This document shows positions 9,236 through 17,036 of a stretch of DNA of 64,000 nucleotides, piece by piece; the stretch's first letter is position 1; every line of letters starts with the position of its first letter. The translations under genes were made by a program, and so were the position numbers. The DNA lies in contig JAJZUU010000008.1 in assembly GCA_021848325.1 (NCBI GenBank), positions 3,393 through 67,392 of the forward strand, in the 5' to 3' direction. Below the pieces are notes generated by a model. It searched no databases and had not been told where the DNA came from. It saw nothing but the letters and a program-made list of their open reading frames with translations. Origin of the DNA: Pseudomonadota bacterium. GTDB taxonomy: Bacteria > Pseudomonadota > Gammaproteobacteria > Burkholderiales > JAJZUU01.

Positions 9236-9406
9236 GACGACACCCAGGAATTTACGGGCCACCTTTATAAACCTGAAAAAAGCAGTTGTCCACAGATTGC
9301 ACAGATTAACCAAGATTAAACAATGGGTAGCGGAACTGAACTTGAGAACTTGTTGGGTGAAGTGTCACTCATCGGCAACAGTCTTAAAATCTGTGTAATC
9401 TGCGGA

Positions 9407-9435
9407 TTCAATCGCCGTTTCTAGGATAAATCCGG
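9407..9435 (+). repeat. Short remnant of the repeat-family-2 right end
   Basis: ttcaatcgccgtttctaggataaatccgg matches tcaaccgccgtttctaggatgaagccgg at 28098-28125. Confidence 0.5.
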
Positions 9436-9442
9436 ATTTAGG

Positions 9443-10072
9443 ATGATACCTATCCTCAAAGACCTCTGGGCCGTGCGTGCCCCCCTGGCCATCCTGGCCG
9501 TCGTCCTGGCGGCCGGCACGGCGGGCGTCGGCTATACCGGGAGCAAGCTGGATCACGCCCGCGCAGTGCTTCAGAACCAGCGCAGCGCCCTGGAGCACGC
9601 GCAGTACCGCTACCGCAAATCCGGTGAAGAACAGCAGATCATCGTCCGCTACCTGTCGGAGTACCGCCGCCTGGAGCGGGAGGGCTTCATCGGGCCGGAG
9701 CGGCGCATCGACTGGATTGACGCACTGCGCGCCGCAGACCGGGAGTTGAGGATGTTCGGCGTCACCTACCAAATCGGCGCCCAGCAACCCTATCCCGGCA
9801 CAGACGGGCTGGACGCCGGCCCATTGCGGCTTTGGCAGTCCCCCATGAGGCTGACTTTCGGACTGCTGCACGAAGGGGATCTGATGCATTTCTTCAACGC
9901 CCTGGACCGGTTGCATGCCGGGGTCTTCGTACTGGAAGGATGTACCGTGGCCCGCATGGAAGGCGCATCCCCCGGCTACCGGCCCCACCTGCAGGCCGAC
10001 TGCCAGTTGAACTGGATCACCCTCGGCCCGGGCGGCGAGCGGCAGGCCGGTCTGACGGGGAGCCGCCCATGA
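9443..10072 (+). CDS. Pilus assembly protein, PilO/MshJ-like topology
   Basis: N-terminal TM (APLAILAVVLAAGTAGVGY), then a coiled coil and a small alpha/beta domain. Its stop overlaps the next gene's start (ATGA). Confidence 0.5.
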   Translation: MIPILKDLWAVRAPLAILAVVLAAGTAGVGYTGSKLDHARAVLQNQRSALEHAQYRYRKSGEEQQIIVRYLSEYRRLEREGFIGPERRIDWIDALRAADRELRMFGVTYQIGAQQPYPGTDGLDAGPLRLWQSPMRLTFGLLHEGDLMHFFNALDRLHAGVFVLEGCTVARMEGASPGYRPHLQADCQLNWITLGPGGERQAGLTGSRP

Positions 10073-10563
10073 AGCTTTTTCCGTTCTTGCTGGTCGCGTC
10101 GCTGCTGACCTCATCGGCCCAAGCCGATCTGACCGGCCGCCTGTTCCTCACCCCCCAGCAGAGGGCCATGCTGGACCGGGCCAGGCAACGCCATGCCGCG
10201 GCCGAGACGGCCGGGCATTCGGATGCGGCCGGCGTCACCCTGAACGGGATCGTGAAACGCAGCGACGGCCGCAGCACCCTGTGGCTCAACGACCGGCCAT
10301 ACGACAGCGACCATCCGGCGACGGCCGGGACCAGGATCACGGGGAAACAAGGACTCGGCTATACGCTGAGGCTCCCGGACTCGGGACAGGTGGTGCGTCT
10401 GAAGGTCGGCCAGCGCTTCGACCCGGCAAGCGGCAAGGTGGAAGAAACCACCGTGAACCCGGCCGCCGCGGGCGACGCCGGCACCCCATCCGGGAGCGAG
10501 GCCGCCACCCCGCCCGCCGCGGCACCGGGAACGGACGCGCGCCCCGCCGCGCCCCAGCCGTGA
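10069..10563 (+). CDS. Secreted pilus biogenesis protein, MshK/PilP-like
   Basis: Signal peptide (MKLFPFLLVASLLTSSAQA). The motif VTLNGIVKRSDGRSTLWLND resembles MshK/PilP-type beta domains. The C-terminus is Pro/Ala-rich. Translationally coupled on both sides. Confidence 0.5.
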   Translation: MKLFPFLLVASLLTSSAQADLTGRLFLTPQQRAMLDRARQRHAAAETAGHSDAAGVTLNGIVKRSDGRSTLWLNDRPYDSDHPATAGTRITGKQGLGYTLRLPDSGQVVRLKVGQRFDPASGKVEETTVNPAAAGDAGTPSGSEAATPPAAAPGTDARPAAPQP

Positions 10564-11984
10564 CCCCCCGCGGCTACCGGCGCCCGGACCGTCGTACCGG
10601 CCAGGTGCTCGTCGTCATGCTGTTGCTGATACTGGTCGCAGCGGCGGCCTTGCTGGTCGGCGCCCGCAGCGGCGCGCCCCCGCGCGCCGAGAGAGACCGG
10701 AACACGGCGGCGGCGCTGGCCCGGGCCAAGGAAGCGCTGCTGGGCTACGCGGTCGCCTATTATTCCAGCCACCCCGGCGAATTCGCGTTCCTGCCCTGCC
10801 CCGACGTGAACGGCTCCGGGATCACCCAAGAGGGCGAGTCCCATGGCTCCTGCGGGGCGAAAGACGCCAATACCATAGGGCGCCTGCCGTGGAAGACCCT
10901 GGGGCTGCCGCCGCTGCGGGACAGCAGCGGGGAATGTCTGTGGTATGCCCTGTCCGGCCCGTACAAGCACGTCAACGCGGCCACCAAGAGCGACCTGCTG
11001 AACGAGGACAGCGACGGCCGGTTCGAAATCCTGGCGGCGGACGGGGTGCAGAAACTGGCCGGGGCAACGCCCGGCTCTCGTGCGGTGGCGGTCCTGTTCG
11101 CACCGGAGGCGGTGCTGCCGAGCCAGGCCCGGACCCGGCTCCCCAGCACCGTGGACATCTGCGGCGGGAACTACACCCCGGCCAACTACCTGGACCAGGC
11201 GGGCGACCTCGACAACGGCTCGGTTTCCTCTCAGACGGACAAGGTGGACCGGTTTGGCGCCGGGCCAAAGTCGGACCGGTTCAACGACCGGCTCATTTTC
11301 ATCACCCGCGACGAACTGTTCCGCGCCGTAAGGAAGGGAAACGACCTGGAGAGGAAAATGGGAATCTTGACCGCCGCAGTCGCCCGCTGCATCGCCCGCT
11401 ACGGGCTCGCCAATCCGGGACCGGGTGCCGGGCGCCTGCCCTGGCCGGCCCCGGTCGCCCTGGCGGATTACCGCCGGGACAGCGCCTACGACGACCACGG
11501 CGCCGCCGATCCCGCTCTGTCGGCGCGGGTGCCGGACATCGTGCTCGATTCCAGCGCCGCCACCGGCAGCCCGGTGGGCAGCGCCCTCAGCGCCTGCACC
11601 CTGGCGGCATGGACGCCGGAAGTGGCCAAACTGTGGCGCAACTGGAAGGACCATCTGTTCTACGCGGTGGCCCGGGCCTATGCCCCTGCGCCGGCGGCGC
11701 CCGAGGCGTGCGCCGCGGACAACTGCCTCAAGGTCAACGGCGCCGGGCCGTACGCGGCGCTGGTAATCTATTCCGGCAGCCCCCTGGCGGGGCAGACCCG
11801 CAGCGCCCCGCCCCTGGACCCCGACGCCAAGGCGGACATCCGCAATTACCTGGAAGGGCGCAACGCCGCCAACCATCCCGATGCGGCGGGCAACGGGGAC
11901 TACCAGAGCGGCCCCGCCACGCCCGCGTTCAACGATATACTGTATTGCATCGACCCTGCATTGAACGTCGCCCCATGCCCCTGA
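10560..11984 (+). CDS. Cys-rich (10 Cys) PilX_N-like membrane-anchored pilus-associated protein, function unknown
   Basis: GTGA overlap with the upstream stop. The N-terminal anchor (GQVLVVMLLLILVAAAALLVGA) resembles PilX N-terminal domains and lacks a prepilin G/E motif. The remaining 450 aa carry 10 cysteines. Confidence 0.55.
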   Translation: MTPRGYRRPDRRTGQVLVVMLLLILVAAAALLVGARSGAPPRAERDRNTAAALARAKEALLGYAVAYYSSHPGEFAFLPCPDVNGSGITQEGESHGSCGAKDANTIGRLPWKTLGLPPLRDSSGECLWYALSGPYKHVNAATKSDLLNEDSDGRFEILAADGVQKLAGATPGSRAVAVLFAPEAVLPSQARTRLPSTVDICGGNYTPANYLDQAGDLDNGSVSSQTDKVDRFGAGPKSDRFNDRLIFITRDELFRAVRKGNDLERKMGILTAAVARCIARYGLANPGPGAGRLPWPAPVALADYRRDSAYDDHGAADPALSARVPDIVLDSSAATGSPVGSALSACTLAAWTPEVAKLWRNWKDHLFYAVARAYAPAPAAPEACAADNCLKVNGAGPYAALVIYSGSPLAGQTRSAPPLDPDAKADIRNYLEGRNAANHPDAAGNGDYQSGPATPAFNDILYCIDPALNVAPCP

Positions 11985-12766
11985 ACGCCACGCCCCATGC
12001 CCGCGCCGGCGGCCCCTCCCAGGCGGGCTTCAGCCTGGTGGAGATGGCCATCGTGCTGCTGATCGTGTCCCTGCTGCTGGGCGGGCTGCTCATGCCGCTT
12101 ACCGCCCAGGTGGAGCAGCGCCGGGCGGCCGATACCCAAAGGCGGCTGGATCAGGCCAGGGAGGCCCTGATCGGCTTCGCCATCGCCAACGGCCGACTGC
12201 CCTGTCCGGCCACCGCGGCGAGCCACGGCGCCGAGGACCCCGCGGGAGGGGGCGCTTGCACCACTCACGACGGCTTCCTGCCCGCCGCCACCCTGGGGCT
12301 CACCCAGGTGGACGACTCGGGCTACGCCCTGGACGGATGGAACTCGCGCGTCCGCTACGCGGTCACCGCAAAGGCCGACGCCGGCGGAAACACCTTCACC
12401 GCCGTGGGAGGCATGCAGGGGATAGTGAACGGCGCCCACAGCGCGGCGCCCCTCTACACCCTCCCGGACCTGACGGTGTGCAGCAGCAGCATCGGCATCA
12501 CCGCCGCCTCTTGCGGCAGCACGGGGAGCGTCAGCCTGGTCACCCACGCCCCGGCGGTGATCTATTCCCTGGGGAAGAACTGGGCCACGGGCGGGGGTAG
12601 CGGGGCGGACGAGGCCGCCAACCTGAACGGGGACGCGGTATTCGTGAGCCACGAGCCGGCGGCGGGGACCACGCCAAACGGCGAATTCGACGATGTGGTC
12701 ACCTGGATCTCCCCCGCCATCCTGGCCAGCCGCATGTTCCAGGCGGGGACGCTGGCGGCGCCGTAG
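11975..12766 (+). CDS. Prepilin-type N-terminal cleavage/methylation domain protein (large minor pilin)
   Basis: QAGFSLVEMAIVLLIVSLLLGGLL is a class III signal with Gly at -1 and Glu at +5. The start overlaps the previous gene by 10 nt. Confidence 0.8.
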   Translation: MPLNATPHARAGGPSQAGFSLVEMAIVLLIVSLLLGGLLMPLTAQVEQRRAADTQRRLDQAREALIGFAIANGRLPCPATAASHGAEDPAGGGACTTHDGFLPAATLGLTQVDDSGYALDGWNSRVRYAVTAKADAGGNTFTAVGGMQGIVNGAHSAAPLYTLPDLTVCSSSIGITAASCGSTGSVSLVTHAPAVIYSLGKNWATGGGSGADEAANLNGDAVFVSHEPAAGTTPNGEFDDVVTWISPAILASRMFQAGTLAAP

Positions 12767-12796
12767 CGGCGGTTGGGAGCGCCCGGGGCGGCCCCG

Positions 12797-14506
12797 TCAG
12801 CCGCCGTCCCGGCGCAGGGCAAAGCACACCCGCCCCGGCCGGTTTTCCGTCAGCTCCAGCCGGTAGCCCCGTTGCCGCGCCTGGCGGGCGGCCTGGTACA
12901 GCCCGATGCCCAGCCCCGATTCCGACCGGACCGGGGCGCTGCCCAGGCGCGCCGCCGTCCCCGCCTCCACCGGCACGCCGTCGTCGCAAACGGTGAGGAC
13001 GCCGCCGACCGCGCCGCTAAACTCCACGCCGATCCGCAGTTCCCGCTGCTGCTTGCGTTTTTCCAGGGCGTTTTGCAGGAGGTTGTCGGCCACGCTGTCG
13101 AACAGTTCCGCCGGCACGCGCTGCGCCGGGTCATCGGGGCCGCCGTGGAAGTCGATGCGGCTACCGGCGTGGCGCTGGCACAGGCTGTGCCACCAGGGGC
13201 CGGCGGCGGCGCTCTCGCCCTCCGTTCCGCTGGCCGGGGCCTGCAGCTTTTCCAGGGTGCCCTGCAGGCGCTGGGCGACCTGGGGCAACTGGCGCTTCAT
13301 CAGCGCCTGCAAGGCGTCGGCCTGGCCGGCATCGCTGCTCTCCGCCGCCGCACAGAGGGTCTTCAGCGATTGCAGCAGATTCTTCACGTCGTGGGTAAGG
13401 CGCGCGCCGGTCTCGTAAATCGCCTGGGTATAGGCGTTTTGCTTCAGGGCCTGCTCCCGCAGCTTGGCCTCGAAGAAATAGCCCAGCAACTGGGTCAGGA
13501 GCTTCACGTGGAGCGCCAGGGCCGGCGACAGGCGCCAGCGCGTGTGAAGCACCAGGGTGAAGGAGTGAAACGAAAATTCCACGCTGTGCCGGGCGCGCTC
13601 CCCGAAACTGCCGTGGTCCTCCCGGGTGCGCCACTCCCCGCCGGCGACCCAGGGAAGCTCTGCGATCCCCGTCATGGCGTTGCGCAAAAAGGCGGCGGGG
13701 TCGGCCTCCCGTTCGGCGAGGACTGCGATCTCTTGCAGCCAGCGCTCGAAAGGCAGGCCCACGCTGAGCACGTAGCGCGACAACAAGTGACCGAGGCCGG
13801 CAAACCCCCCCAGGGGATTCCACAGCCAGCTCGCCAGCAGCAGCGCTGCCGCCATCGCCACCAGGGTCTTGGCCAAGGCAAGGGGGTAGGCCTCCTGGGT
13901 CAGGGTCATCACGGCGAAGCTGCCCAGCACCAGCACCACCACCAGCAGGAACAGCATCACGCTGTAGAAAAAATCCACCGCGTAGGCGAGCCCCGGGCGC
14001 TGCGCCTCGACTCGGATGAACATGATCAGCACGGGCAACGGCAACAGGCCGTAGCGCACCAGAAACGCCACGGTGGGCAGTTCCTGCCGCTTGAACAGAA
14101 GATTGGGCACCGCCCACATCAACAGCATGGACAGGAGATAGAGCGCGGCCAGCAGGTAGACCAGGCGCTGGCGGCGCGCGCCCACCCCGGGCATGGTGCC
14201 GCCAATGACCCCGAGCAGCACCGCCAGCCATAAGGTTATCAGCCACCAGCCGCTGACCAGCAGCAGCGCCAGGACGGAAAGAATCAACAACCCGGCGCGG
14301 GGCGCGGCAATGGTGCGCTCGCCCCGCCACAGGGGCTGCCACATCAGGAACAGACCGAAGTGAACCAGCAGGAAGGGGTACGACCAGGCCGGCTGGAAGC
14401 CCCACGCCGTGGCGCCGTGCAAAGGCAGCAGCATCAGCCCCAGCCACCGTTGCGGGTGAGCGGCGATCCGCCATTGCATGTTGCGGGTCAAGTCGCTGCC
14501 AGTCAC
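12797..14506 (-). CDS. Polytopic sensor histidine kinase (about 8 TM segments; PrsK-like H-box), no adjacent response regulator
   Basis: The N-terminal 260 aa are strongly hydrophobic. It has an H-box (ARLTHDVKNLLQSL), an N-box (ELFDSVADNLLQNALEK) and G-boxes (DDGVPV, GLGIGLY). Confidence 0.8.
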   Translation of the reverse strand: MTGSDLTRNMQWRIAAHPQRWLGLMLLPLHGATAWGFQPAWSYPFLLVHFGLFLMWQPLWRGERTIAAPRAGLLILSVLALLLVSGWWLITLWLAVLLGVIGGTMPGVGARRQRLVYLLAALYLLSMLLMWAVPNLLFKRQELPTVAFLVRYGLLPLPVLIMFIRVEAQRPGLAYAVDFFYSVMLFLLVVVLVLGSFAVMTLTQEAYPLALAKTLVAMAAALLLASWLWNPLGGFAGLGHLLSRYVLSVGLPFERWLQEIAVLAEREADPAAFLRNAMTGIAELPWVAGGEWRTREDHGSFGERARHSVEFSFHSFTLVLHTRWRLSPALALHVKLLTQLLGYFFEAKLREQALKQNAYTQAIYETGARLTHDVKNLLQSLKTLCAAAESSDAGQADALQALMKRQLPQVAQRLQGTLEKLQAPASGTEGESAAAGPWWHSLCQRHAGSRIDFHGGPDDPAQRVPAELFDSVADNLLQNALEKRKQQRELRIGVEFSGAVGGVLTVCDDGVPVEAGTAARLGSAPVRSESGLGIGLYQAARQARQRGYRLELTENRPGRVCFALRRDGG

Positions 14507-14589
14507 GTGATTGCCTGCTTCCTAGTTTCCCGCCTGTTCCGACAGGGGCCGGGCCCGCAGATTACGCATTGCCGCAGGCAGCGGGCTGC

Positions 14590-14617
14590 TTGCTTGCACG
14601 GCGAGTTTGGTTATACT
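14590..14617 (+). promoter_or_regulatory. Candidate sigma-70 promoter for the ABC-2 permease gene
   Basis: TTGCTT, 16 bp spacer, TATACT, ending 24 nt before ATG 14642. Pattern match only. Confidence 0.3.
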
Positions 14618-14641
14618 CAGGGTTTCCCGGTAAACGCGCCC

Positions 14642-15412
14642 ATGGGCCACCCCTCCCTGACCATCGCCCGCTACACGCTGCTGGAGGCGCTGCGCACGCG
14701 CCTGTTGTGGCTCACTGCGCTCGCGCTGCTGACCCTCCTGGCAGGCAGCGCCTTTGTGCAGCAACTCGCCATCGCCGAGGGGGTCCGTTTTCAGACCGCG
14801 TTTCTCGCCGCCACGGCGCGCCCAGCGGCGGTATTCCTTATCGCCCTTTACGTGATCAGCAGCATGGCCCGGGAATTCCACGACAAGGGCGTCGAACTCA
14901 TTCTAGCACTTGATCTGTCCCGCGCCAGCTTTGTCTTGGGCAAGCTCGCGGGATTCGCCGCGCTGGCCGTCTTCTTCGCCGTTGCCTCGTGCCTGCCCGT
15001 GGCCCTGTTCGCCCCCCTCGGCAAGGCCCTGCTGTGGGGCGTGTCCCTGCTGTGCGAGCTGTGGATCATCGCCGCCCTGAGCCTGTTCTGCGCCGTCACC
15101 TTCAGCCAGGTGGTGCCCGCCTCCAGCTTCGTGCTGGGCTTCTACCTTCTGGCCCGCAGCATCTCCGCCCTGCAACTGATCGGCGGCTCCGCCCTGATCG
15201 ACGACGGCGGCCGCCTGCATCAGGCCATGCTGGGCGCGCTCAACGCCCTCGCCCTGGCGTTGCCGCACCTGGACACCTTCACCCGGACCGCCTGGCTGGT
15301 GAACCCCGGCGCGGACTGGGGGCAAATTGCCCCGATCTTGCTGCAAACCCTGATCTACTGCGGGATTCTGGCGGCCGCCACCCTGTTCGACATGTACCGC
15401 AGGAATTTTTAG
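14642..15412 (+). CDS. ABC-2 type transporter permease (NosY-like), no ATPase partner nearby
   Basis: The N-terminus (LTIARYTLLEALRTRLLWL) and the motif REFHDKGVELILALDLSRASFVLGKLAGF are typical of ABC-2 permeases. Six hydrophobic segments. Confidence 0.7.
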   Translation: MGHPSLTIARYTLLEALRTRLLWLTALALLTLLAGSAFVQQLAIAEGVRFQTAFLAATARPAAVFLIALYVISSMAREFHDKGVELILALDLSRASFVLGKLAGFAALAVFFAVASCLPVALFAPLGKALLWGVSLLCELWIIAALSLFCAVTFSQVVPASSFVLGFYLLARSISALQLIGGSALIDDGGRLHQAMLGALNALALALPHLDTFTRTAWLVNPGADWGQIAPILLQTLIYCGILAAATLFDMYRRNF

Positions 15413-15420
15413 GCGGCCAG

Positions 15421-16185
15421 TTGAGGACAAGCACAGATCCCCAGCGTCCCGTCCGCGCCGTCCCGAAGCCCGTGCTCCTCGCCCTGGCGGCGGTACTGGC
15501 CCTGCAATTGGCATGGGGCGGGCACCTGCCGCCGCCGCAAGCCCGCGCCCGGGCGCTCGACCCGCCTCCGGCGCTGTCCACGGCGCGGCTAATGGACCTG
15601 GGTGAACCCATCGCCACCGCCCAGTTCCTCGCCCTGACCCTGCAGGCCTTCGACAACCCTCCGGGAATCAGCATCCCGTTCCGCGCCCTGGACTATCCCC
15701 GGGTGACCGGGTGGCTGGCCCTGGTGCTGGGCCTGGACCCGCAGGGCCAGTATCCCCTGATCCTGGCCTCCCACGTGTATTCCCAGGTGCCCGACCCGGC
15801 CAGGCAGCGCCTGATGCTGGATTTCGTCTACCGCGAGTTCTTCAAGGACCCGGGGCGGCGCTGGCCCTGGCTTGCCCATGCCGCCCTGCTGGCCCGGCAT
15901 CGGCTGCACGACCTGCCGCTTTCCCTGCGCTATGCCCGGGCGGTGGCCAACCGCGCCACGGGGAAAGACGTCCCCCACTGGGCCCGGCAGATGCCCATTT
16001 TCATCCTGCAGGACATGGGCGAACTGGAGGCCGCCAAGATCGAACTGGGGGCCCTTCTGGCCACGGGCACGGTGACCGACCCGCGGGAGGAACATTTCCT
16101 GCTTGGCCGCTACCGGGAACTGGAGAAGCAGGTGGCGGCGCGTGGCGGCCCGGAAATACGATCCGCGGCCCCGGCGAAAAGATGA
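15421..16185 (+). CDS. Hypothetical membrane-anchored protein (254 aa)
   Basis: Start is TTG 15421, with GTG 15472 as an alternative. One N-terminal hydrophobic segment (PVLLALAAVLALQLAW). I recognise no family. Its codon usage resembles that of neighbouring genes. It lies 8 nt after the permease stop. Confidence 0.45.
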   Translation: MRTSTDPQRPVRAVPKPVLLALAAVLALQLAWGGHLPPPQARARALDPPPALSTARLMDLGEPIATAQFLALTLQAFDNPPGISIPFRALDYPRVTGWLALVLGLDPQGQYPLILASHVYSQVPDPARQRLMLDFVYREFFKDPGRRWPWLAHAALLARHRLHDLPLSLRYARAVANRATGKDVPHWARQMPIFILQDMGELEAAKIELGALLATGTVTDPREEHFLLGRYRELEKQVAARGGPEIRSAAPAKR

Positions 16186-16291
16186 AAATTCGCCATTTGC
16201 GTCAAGAACCGGACGCCGGAAACGGCGGGCCCGCAACCCCTTTCGCCCCACCGGCCCGGACTTTTCGCACAGTGCGCCATCTTGCCCTATT

Positions 16292-16306
16292 TGGTACGAA
16301 TATTGC
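16292..16306 (+). promoter_or_regulatory. Sigma-54 (-24/-12) promoter upstream of the major pilin gene
   Basis: TGGTACGAATATTGC against the consensus TGGCACG-N4-TTGC. The GG-to-GC spacing is correct. It ends 44 nt before ATG 16350. Confidence 0.65.
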
Positions 16307-16349
16307 CTGAGCCAGTCCAAACCACATTCTCACCGCCGGGAATCCTGCA

Positions 16350-17030
16350 ATGGGCAAGCAACAAGGCTTCACCCTGATCGAAATCGCCATCGTCCTGGTG
16401 ATCATCGGCTTGCTGCTGGGGGGCGTGCTGAAGGGGCAGGAGCTGATCACCAGCGCCCGGGTGCGCAACCTGATCTCCCAGCAGGACGGCATCAAGGCGG
16501 CCTTCTTCGGGTTCCAGGACCGCTACCGCGCCCTGCCCGGCGACTACGCCCAGGCCAACACCAACATCCCCAACGTCACGGTAAACGGCGACGGCAACGG
16601 CCGCATCGAGGCCACCAACAGCGCGGGCGTGCACGAAGACATCCTGGTGTGGGACCACCTGTCCCACGCCGGCTTCATCAACGGCACCTACGTCTACGAC
16701 GCGGCTGGCCCCACCGACGCCACCAATCCCAAGAACCCCTACGGCATCTATATGCAACTGGTGTACGACGGGGTCTACGGGGCCGGTACCAATTCCACGC
16801 CTAAACACAACCTGAAGACCGGCGGCCAGATCCCGGTGGCCATCGTGGCCGAGGTGGACCGCAAGATCGACGACGGCAACGCCCTGCAGGGGGCCTTCCA
16901 GTTCTCCGTCTATGCGGGCAACGGCACGGCGCCCGTCGCCGCCGACTGCTACGATGCCGCATCCACGCCGGCGGGGACCTGGAAGGCCACCGGTAACGCG
17001 ACCAACTGCGGCGGCGCCAGCCTGTTCTGA
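16350..17030 (+). CDS. Type IV pilin (major pilin candidate, MshA-like)
   Basis: MGKQQGFTLIEIAIVLVIIGLLLGGVL is a short leader with Gly-Phe cleavage and Glu at +5. Confidence 0.85.
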   Translation: MGKQQGFTLIEIAIVLVIIGLLLGGVLKGQELITSARVRNLISQQDGIKAAFFGFQDRYRALPGDYAQANTNIPNVTVNGDGNGRIEATNSAGVHEDILVWDHLSHAGFINGTYVYDAAGPTDATNPKNPYGIYMQLVYDGVYGAGTNSTPKHNLKTGGQIPVAIVAEVDRKIDDGNALQGAFQFSVYAGNGTAPVAADCYDAASTPAGTWKATGNATNCGGASLF

Positions 17031-17036
17031 AACGCC

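Noticed and set aside
9026-9319. The repeated peptide MKNRSEAGQAGKPRSGCSQNSAGRGQILSILQVNSRSIDQKSGE... appears in ORFs at four loci, suggesting a multicopy small protein.
   Set aside because: The similarity stops exactly at the MITE-1 inverted repeats. The ORFs run on into unrelated flanking DNA. There is no SD and the start is TTG. This is a repeat-element artefact.
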